From NCBI GenBank assembly GCA_963740355.1, contig CAVUDW010000002.1, positions 448,001 to 512,000 of the forward strand: 64,000 bases of DNA. Reading direction: 5' to 3'. Below are positions 58,701 through 64,000 of this stretch, piece by piece. The notes under the pieces are model-generated. The model saw only the letters and a program-made list of their open reading frames with translations. It did not search any database and had not been told where the DNA came from. Made by a program: the position numbers and the translations under genes. Numbering within the stretch: position 1 is the stretch's first letter; every line of letters begins with the position of its first letter. The DNA comes from an uncultured Gemmatimonadaceae bacterium (GTDB lineage Bacteria; Gemmatimonadota; Gemmatimonadetes; Gemmatimonadales; Gemmatimonadaceae).

Positions 58701-59016
58701 AGCCGGAACTCTGGTCGTCGAAGATCGGCTTGAACGTCGTGCCGCCATTGGTGGTCTTGATGATGCTGCCGTTGGCACCAGCGACGTAGTACGTCAGTGG
58801 ATCACCCGGCACGCCGGTCACGACCGAGATGCGACCGGCATTGTTGGCTGGCCCAACCGAGCGCCATTCCACGCGCTTAAGGAGCGCGGCAGGACTTGGG
58901 CCTGCAGGCGCTGCGCCAGATTGCCTGGCCGGTGGTTGTTGTGCTGCCAGCACGCCAGCGCTGATGGTGGCCAACACGGCGTGACAGACCGCGAAGCGCG
59001 AGGGGAGGCGCGTCAT
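55726..59016 (-). CDS. Exported VPS10/BNR-repeat beta-propeller glycosyl hydrolase-like protein
   Basis: Many S/T-x-D/N-G-G-x-T-W Asp-box repeats; WRSVGP..GR, GGLQDNG, GGDGF, ATHGRG; signal peptide. Confidence 0.88.
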   Translation of the reverse strand: MTRLPSRFAVCHAVLATISAGVLAAQQPPARQSGAAPAGPSPAALLKRVEWRSVGPANNAGRISVVTGVPGDPLTYYVAGANGSIIKTTNGGTTFKPIFDDQSSGSIGAIAVAPSNPNIVYVGTGEGNPRNNASVGDGMYKSVDGGAHWTHIGLEKSDKIARLIIDAQNPDIVYACVLGREWGPSEERGVFRTADGGATWKKVLYVDQQTSCSDITADPNNSNILYAGMYTYRRWAWHLESGSGNTAVWKSVNGGTTWERLSGPDRLLGLPRKAMDRIGVAVAPSDPNIVYVLSETKDEGELWRSDDAGRTWRTVNRDPNINFRPFYYADIRVDPKNPNRVFTLSGGLYFSEDGGANFRTIARDVHGDHQAMWIDPVDPRYILSGSDGGWQVSRDGGKNWDVVNTFAFTQFYHINYDMQVPYRVCGGLQDNGNWCGASNSLSGQGIRQADWYTVSGGDGFFTVPVIDKPWLIYSDAQGGMLNITDTRSGVQKTIYPYPNRVGSVGDAMIGHKYRFNWNSPIALSPQNPAIVYFGGNVVFKSKDYGLSWEVISPDLTTNDPKKQQSSGGEIVVDNTAAEFHSTLLTIAPSTVDANVIWTSSDDGLVHVTRDGGKTWTKTFDNVPGLKPNAWLATIEASHFDAGTAYVTADHHQDDDYTPYVYMTTDFGKTWKSIRGDLPDRAWWTHVVREDPRNRNLLYVGTEAGVWMSWNRGTNWISMRGDLPVVPVRDMQIHPRDNDLLLATHGRGLYIMDDLTPVQKLAEVMANEAELFDVRTAIRWNNWSRDGNLGQRSYKGENPPNGAIISYYLKAQPTDEVNIEIADAAGKLVRRFRRVPDEAGVSRVTWDLRYEAAAGAAPGRGANRGGAPGAAPTDTSLQGVRERRRAAAAAGNDAGEEENFFGPAAVAVMPGTYQVTLIANGKRYTKAVTVQNDPRVEMTPTQVAAQFDAAKSIEATQVRVTRVVSGVDDLLRQLTGVQTTLRATRDANMAPTLTEIDGTIKDLRHFRDSVLARPLPGLGYRQYPRLREEVQTISGMISRPQWPITEGEKVRSGELVVETDDAQKRLDTIVRDRVGKINDMLKGTQHVIAPTAPRVVQ

Positions 59017-59204
59017 GAGCGGACTCGGGGAGTGGGTGAGCTGTACCGGGCACCAGGACGTCGGCACCACTGACTTATCATGCGTGGAACATCTCCGAGA
59101 CTACGGCGGAGCACGCGTCGATGCTGGCGAGCGCGCCAGGGCGTTTGTGAGGCTGACGGCGGCGTGGGTCTCGTCGCGATTGATATTCATGTAATTTTCA
59201 TGTA

Positions 59205-60473
59205 ATGCTGTTATCTCCCGCATTTCCCCGATTCACCGTTGCGCTGCTGCTGGTTGCGGCGGCCGCGTCTGCGCCGCTCCCGGCCATCGCACTCGAGGCG
59301 CCACGCGCGCGGCGAATTGATCCCTTCGAGCGATGCCTGCAGGCGCTGCGGGGGTCGCGACGTGCACGTGGCATCGCGCCGGCGACGTGGGCGCTGCTGC
59401 GCGGCGTCCGTCCCGATACCGCCGTCCTCGCGCAGCTCAACGCGCAGCCGGAATTCACGCTGCCGATCTGGGACTACGTGGCCGTGATGGCGGACGACGA
59501 ACGTGTACGCGATGGCCAGGAGCGGCTCATCAGGTACCGCGCCATCTTCGACACGGTGGCGATGCGCTACGGGGTCGATGCCGAAACGGTCGCCGCGGTC
59601 TGGGGCATCGAGAGCAACTTCGGCCGCGGCGTCGGGACGTTTCGCGTGCTCCCGTCGCTGGCAACGCTCAGTTGTGCCGGGCGCCGGCAGGCCTACTTCC
59701 GCGGCGAGTTGCTGTCTGCGCTGCGCATCGTGCAAGCCGGACACATTCCTGCCGAGCAGTTCTACGGTTCGTGGGCCGGCGCCTTCGGGCAGACGCAGTT
59801 CATGCCGGGCATCTTCTGGGGCCGGGCTGTGGATTTCGACGGCGATGGCCGCCGTGACCTGATGAGCAATACTGGCGACGCGCTTGCCTCGACCGCCAAC
59901 TACCTGAAGCAGGCTGGGTGGCAGAGGGGTGTACCCTGGGGCATCGAGGTGCGATTGCCGAAGAGCGACAGCGCATCGTTCGATCTTCGCGGCGAAGGGC
60001 GGCGGATTCGGCGCACGCTCGCCGTGTGGGCTGGCCGAGGGCTGGTACGCATCGACGGCACGGCGCTCCTGACCGGCGCCGACTCGACACTCGCTGCAGG
60101 ACTTTTCACTCCGGCGGGACCGACCGGGCCTGCATTTCTGGTGACGTCGAACTTCGAAGCGGTATACCGCTACAATGCTGCGGTCGGCTACACGCTGGCG
60201 ATCCTCCATCTCGCCGATCGAATGCGAGGCGGCGGCCCGATCGTGGCGCCGTGGCCAACGGACGATCTGGGACTTTCGCGGATCGAACGGCGCGAGCTGC
60301 AATCGTTGCTGCTTGCGCGCGGCCACGACATCGGTCCGATCAATGGGTTGCTCACACCACCGGTGCGCGACGCCGTGCGCGCCGAACAGCGCCGGCTTGG
60401 CCAGGTCGTGTCAGGCAGGCCCGGACAGCAACTACTGACAGCACTGCGCGATCCCGCATCTGACCCGCGCTGA
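59205..60473 (+). CDS. Lytic murein transglycosylase (MltB/SLT_2) with C-terminal peptidoglycan-binding domain
   Basis: QPEF, WGIESNFG, GSWAGAFGQTQFMP, DFDGDGRRD, STANYL..GW, YRYN. Confidence 0.93.
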   Translation: MLLSPAFPRFTVALLLVAAAASAPLPAIALEAPRARRIDPFERCLQALRGSRRARGIAPATWALLRGVRPDTAVLAQLNAQPEFTLPIWDYVAVMADDERVRDGQERLIRYRAIFDTVAMRYGVDAETVAAVWGIESNFGRGVGTFRVLPSLATLSCAGRRQAYFRGELLSALRIVQAGHIPAEQFYGSWAGAFGQTQFMPGIFWGRAVDFDGDGRRDLMSNTGDALASTANYLKQAGWQRGVPWGIEVRLPKSDSASFDLRGEGRRIRRTLAVWAGRGLVRIDGTALLTGADSTLAAGLFTPAGPTGPAFLVTSNFEAVYRYNAAVGYTLAILHLADRMRGGGPIVAPWPTDDLGLSRIERRELQSLLLARGHDIGPINGLLTPPVRDAVRAEQRRLGQVVSGRPGQQLLTALRDPASDPR

Positions 60474-60690
60474 CGCGCATGAAACAGCACGCACGCGGTC
60501 CGGCGCGCTTCGACGCCGAGGCTGCGACGATGTCATACACCTTTTCGCTATCGATTCCGGGCAATCGAAATCGAAACCAACGCCCACGTCGTGCGTGGTG
60601 TACTCGAAGCAACTGACTCCTCTCGCATCGCTGGCGCGCCTCTGGTCGCCGGTTTCGCAGCATACTCCCCTTCGCATCACGGAACTCCCC

Positions 60691-61197
60691 ATGCGCTCAT
60701 CTGTCACGATCGCCACGTCGCTGCTCGCGACGGCGCTGATTGGCTGCTCGTCGAACAAGCCGGCGTCTGCACCCTCACCAGTGCCAGCGTCCGGCAATGC
60801 TGCGGTGGCGCGTGCGGATAGCGGCGCGAGCCGCGACTCTGCCGCCTTGGTCGCGGCTGTCATGAAGGGGACCGCAGGAGCGGTTCCGGCATCGCGCCGC
60901 GACCGCTCGGTGTTGTCGCGTCAGGAAATTCTGGCCACGAACTACACCAATGCCTACGACGTGATTCTCGCCTTGCGCGGCAACTGGCTGCGCACGCGCG
61001 CTGCCGAGAGCTTCGGCAAGTCGTCAGCGGTACAGGTGTATCTCGACACCCAGCGACTGAGCGGTGCGGACGAATTGAAGTCGATGGCACCCACGAATAT
61101 CGCGTCGATCCGATTCTTCGACCCGATCACGGCATCGGCCCGCTGGGGCATGGATCATGGTGCCGGCGCGATCTTCATCGTGACCGCGAAGCCGTAG
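60691..61197 (+). CDS. Small lipoprotein resembling a stand-alone TonB-receptor plug domain
   Basis: LIGC lipobox; LSRQEI..NAYD..LRGNWL, VYLD, IASIRFFD..ASARWG....GAIFIVT. Confidence 0.75.
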   Translation: MRSSVTIATSLLATALIGCSSNKPASAPSPVPASGNAAVARADSGASRDSAALVAAVMKGTAGAVPASRRDRSVLSRQEILATNYTNAYDVILALRGNWLRTRAAESFGKSSAVQVYLDTQRLSGADELKSMAPTNIASIRFFDPITASARWGMDHGAGAIFIVTAKP

Positions 61198-61299
61198 GCA
61201 TCCTGGCGGGTTCAGGGGCGCGGTGACCTGACCGGGGCGGTATACTCCGCCTCGCAGGTTGCCGCGCCATCCGGACATCAGCTCTTCGAGCACCGACGC

Positions 61300-61794
61300 G
61301 TGGTGGAATCCCCTCTCGCGGAGCTCTGTGTGCGATCAGTGACTGGTAAGGAATGCCTCCTCGCTGCCTGTGCGGTGCTTGTCGTCGCCTGTGCGTCTGG
61401 CGGCGTGAAGTCCGGCACCGTGCCCGCTGCCACGCCTCGCGTGAGCCCTGCTGATGCCGCGCCCACGACGGCCGCCGCGTCGCCCCGGGCGCGGCAGGAT
61501 CAGCAGTTGATCACGCGTGACGTGATCATCGGCACGCAGTACACGAACATGTACGAGGTCGTGCAGGCCATGCGCAGCAACTGGCTGCGCGTCAAGACAT
61601 CCTCGAGTGCCAGCGGCAAGGGTGACGTCCTGCAGGTGTATCTCGATAACCAGCGTATCGGTGGCGTGGACGAGTTGCGCCGCATCGTGCCGTCCAGTGT
61701 CGCGTCGGCGCGCTACTTCGACCCGATCGCGGCGTCGGCGCGCTGGGGCATGGATCACGGGGCCGGCGCGATCTACATCGTCACCTCGCGCTAG
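61300..61794 (+). CDS. Paralogous plug-like lipoprotein
   Basis: VVAC lipobox; ITRDVI..NMYE..MRSNWL, VYLD, ASARWGMDHGAGAIYIVT; start uncertain. Confidence 0.75.
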   Translation: MVESPLAELCVRSVTGKECLLAACAVLVVACASGGVKSGTVPAATPRVSPADAAPTTAAASPRARQDQQLITRDVIIGTQYTNMYEVVQAMRSNWLRVKTSSSASGKGDVLQVYLDNQRIGGVDELRRIVPSSVASARYFDPIAASARWGMDHGAGAIYIVTSR

Positions 61795-61883
61795 CGACGC
61801 CTGTCCGCCAGTCAATCGTCTGCACGTACCGGGTCGCGTGACGGCGGTTCGCATGTCACTTTTGGCGCATGCATAGTGCCGAG

Positions 61884-64000
61884 ATGCCGTTCCCTTCGAC
61901 CTCGCCGACCGCGGGCTCGGCAGACGAGGCATATCGCTTGTTCAACGACTTGCCGTTCATCGGCGTGGCGGTGTCCTCGGCGACGACGAAACAATGGGTG
62001 AAGGTGAACGACGCCTTGTGCGAGATGCTTCGGTATCCGCGCGAGGTGCTCCTCACGAAGACCTGGCTCGAACTCACGCACCCTGACGATGTGGCCGACG
62101 ACTCGGCACGCTTCGAACAGCTCGTGCGTGGCGATCTCGAAGGCTACCGGCGAGAGAAGCGCTATCTCCGATCCGACGGTGAATCGGTGCACGCGATCAT
62201 CGATGTGAAGGCGGTGCGGGCGCCAAGTGGCGAGGCCGAGTTCATCGTGGCGACGATCGCCAACATTACCGATCGCGTGCTGGCTGAGGCGGCGGAGCGC
62301 CGATCGGCGGCATTACTCGCGAAACTCGGTACGCAAGTCCCCGGTGTCATCTATCAGTTCCTCATGACGCCCGACGGCGCGTCGAGTTTCCCGTTCGCCA
62401 GCGAAGGCATCCGCGAGATCTATGAAGTCTCGCCGGAAGAGGTGCGCCAGGATGCGTCGCCGGTGTTCGCCCGCCTGCATGCCGACGACCTGGCAATGGT
62501 GTCCGAGTCGATCGCACAGTCCGAGCGTACGCTCGAACCCTGGCGGTGTGACTATCGCGTAGTCCTACCCAGTCGGGGGCTGCGTTGGCTGCGCGGCGAT
62601 GCACGACCGGAGCGACTACCCGATGGCAGTACGCTGTGGCACGGCTTCATCACTGACAGCACCGATCGTCAGCTGGAGCGCGAGGCGCTGATCGAGAGCG
62701 AAGCCCGATTCCGTATCCAGATCGAGCACGCGCCGGAAGCGATCGTCGTCTACGACGCGGACCAGCGCACGATCATCGATGCGAACAGCAATGCGCTGCG
62801 GCTGTTCGGCTACGAGCGTGAAGCGCTTCTCGGTTGCAGCATTCGCGACATTGCCGCCGAGCGTCAGGCCGATGGCCGCTTGACCTCGGAAATCGGCGCG
62901 CAGTACATCGAGCGCGCACTGAGTGGCGAGGTGCCGGTGTTCGAGTGGCTGCATCGCCATGCGTCCGGGCGGTCGATTCCATGCGAGGTGCGCCTGGTAC
63001 GGCTGCCGGCCGTCGGCCGCAACCTCGTGCGCGGCAGCGTGACCGACATCTCGGAGCGACAGCGCGCTGCCGAGGCGTTGACGAGGCTGGAGGCCGCCAT
63101 CACGTCGTCGATCAACGGCGTGGCAATGGCAGATCTCGATGGCCGCATCACGTATGTCAACAAGGCTCTCCTCGACCTGTGGGGGTACGAATCCTCGGTC
63201 GGGGTGATCGGCACGGATGTGGCGCAGTATTGGGCCAAGCCTGAGGAAGTGGCGCACGCTGTGGAAGTACTGCGCGCCACGGGTGCCTGGACGAGTGAGA
63301 TGGCCGCTCGCCGCGCCGATGGTACGGTGCGCCTCTTCCAGGTGAACGCCAGCCTCTTTCCCGATATCTCCGGTCAGCCGATCGGCATGTTGGCCTCGTT
63401 CGCGGACATCACCGAGAAGCGGCGTACCGAAGAGGCCCTGCATCTGCGTGATGAGGCGATTCGGACGGCGATCACGGCGATCGCCATCGGTGATCCGGAT
63501 GGGACGCCATTGTACGTGAATCCCGCGTTCGTGCGACTGTGGGGTTTCGCGAGTGAGGCGGATGTGCTCGGGCGCAACATGGCCGACTTCCTCGCCGCCG
63601 ACGAATCCAAGCCGAAGCTGAACCTCGCGCGGGTGATTGACGATGGCGTCTGGCAGGGTGAGCTGACGGCACGGCGGGCCGATGGCACGCTGTTCGATGT
63701 GCTCGTCGCTGCCAACGTCGTGCGTAATGCCGCTGGGGAAATCACCCACCTGATGGGGTCATTCCTCGACATCACCGAGTCGAAGCGGCTCCAGTCGCAG
63801 TTCCTGCAGGCGCAGAAGATGGAGTCCGTGGGCCGGCTGGCTGGCGGCGTGGCTCACGACTTTAACAACCTGCTGACGGTGATGAAGGGTTGCCTCGATC
63901 TCGCGCTGGCAGCGTTGCCCGGTGACGGCGACGTTCGCAATGAACTGACCGAAGTCAGTCGCGCTGCCGATTCGGCGGCGGAACTGACTCGCCAGCTGCT
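61884..64000 (+). CDS. Multi-PAS sensor histidine kinase (3' end runs off the window)
   Basis: Translated by hand from ATG 61884: five PAS/PAC-like units, then in-frame LQAQKMESVGRLAGGVAHDFNNLLTV H-box near 63820. Confidence 0.9.
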   Translation, partial: MPFPSTSPTAGSADEAYRLFNDLPFIGVAVSSATTKQWVKVNDALCEMLRYPREVLLTKTWLELTHPDDVADDSARFEQLVRGDLEGYRREKRYLRSDGESVHAIIDVKAVRAPSGEAEFIVATIANITDRVLAEAAERRSAALLAKLGTQVPGVIYQFLMTPDGASSFPFASEGIREIYEVSPEEVRQDASPVFARLHADDLAMVSESIAQSERTLEPWRCDYRVVLPSRGLRWLRGDARPERLPDGSTLWHGFITDSTDRQLEREALIESEARFRIQIEHAPEAIVVYDADQRTIIDANSNALRLFGYEREALLGCSIRDIAAERQADGRLTSEIGAQYIERALSGEVPVFEWLHRHASGRSIPCEVRLVRLPAVGRNLVRGSVTDISERQRAAEALTRLEAAITSSINGVAMADLDGRITYVNKALLDLWGYESSVGVIGTDVAQYWAKPEEVAHAVEVLRATGAWTSEMAARRADGTVRLFQVNASLFPDISGQPIGMLASFADITEKRRTEEALHLRDEAIRTAITAIAIGDPDGTPLYVNPAFVRLWGFASEADVLGRNMADFLAADESKPKLNLARVIDDGVWQGELTARRADGTLFDVLVAANVVRNAAGEITHLMGSFLDITESKRLQSQFLQAQKMESVGRLAGGVAHDFNNLLTVMKGCLDLALAALPGDGDVRNELTEVSRAADSAAELTRQL

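Overview
High-GC bacterial chromosomal window with dense, mostly housekeeping and signalling genes. The gene repertoire (DUF1800, VPS10/BNR and DUF5916 exported proteins, stand-alone plug-like lipoproteins, GGDEF-ATPase-TPR protein) suggests Gemmatimonadota, by inference only. Clearly recognisable core genes: thyX, thiolase, rnhA, lpdA, sucB, gyrA, leuS, ilvE, an ECF sigma/anti-sigma pair and an MltB-type lytic transglycosylase. I saw no rRNA, tRNA, CRISPR array, prophage or transposase. Most interesting observations: (1) a translationally coupled four-gene operon (extended SDR reductase, MBL hydrolase, PaaK/F390-type adenylating enzyme, FabH/OleA-like synthase) whose logic parallels oleABCD with different enzyme folds; (2) a GGDEF-STAND ATPase-TPR protein with an NLR-like layout and a diguanylate cyclase as effector; (3) a protein ending in a degenerate nuclease-like domain, separated from a double zinc-ribbon ORF by one in-frame TAG; (4) a 26-aa repeat in the SucB linker whose copies differ almost only at synonymous sites; (5) several enzymes with altered active sites (RNase HI, maltokinase-like, FabZ-like); (6) a dispersed ATCAAGGGGTCAGAGATCTT repeat family at two intergenic loci. 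All family assignments come from motif recognition, not database searches, and many start codons were reassigned by eye from the ORF track.
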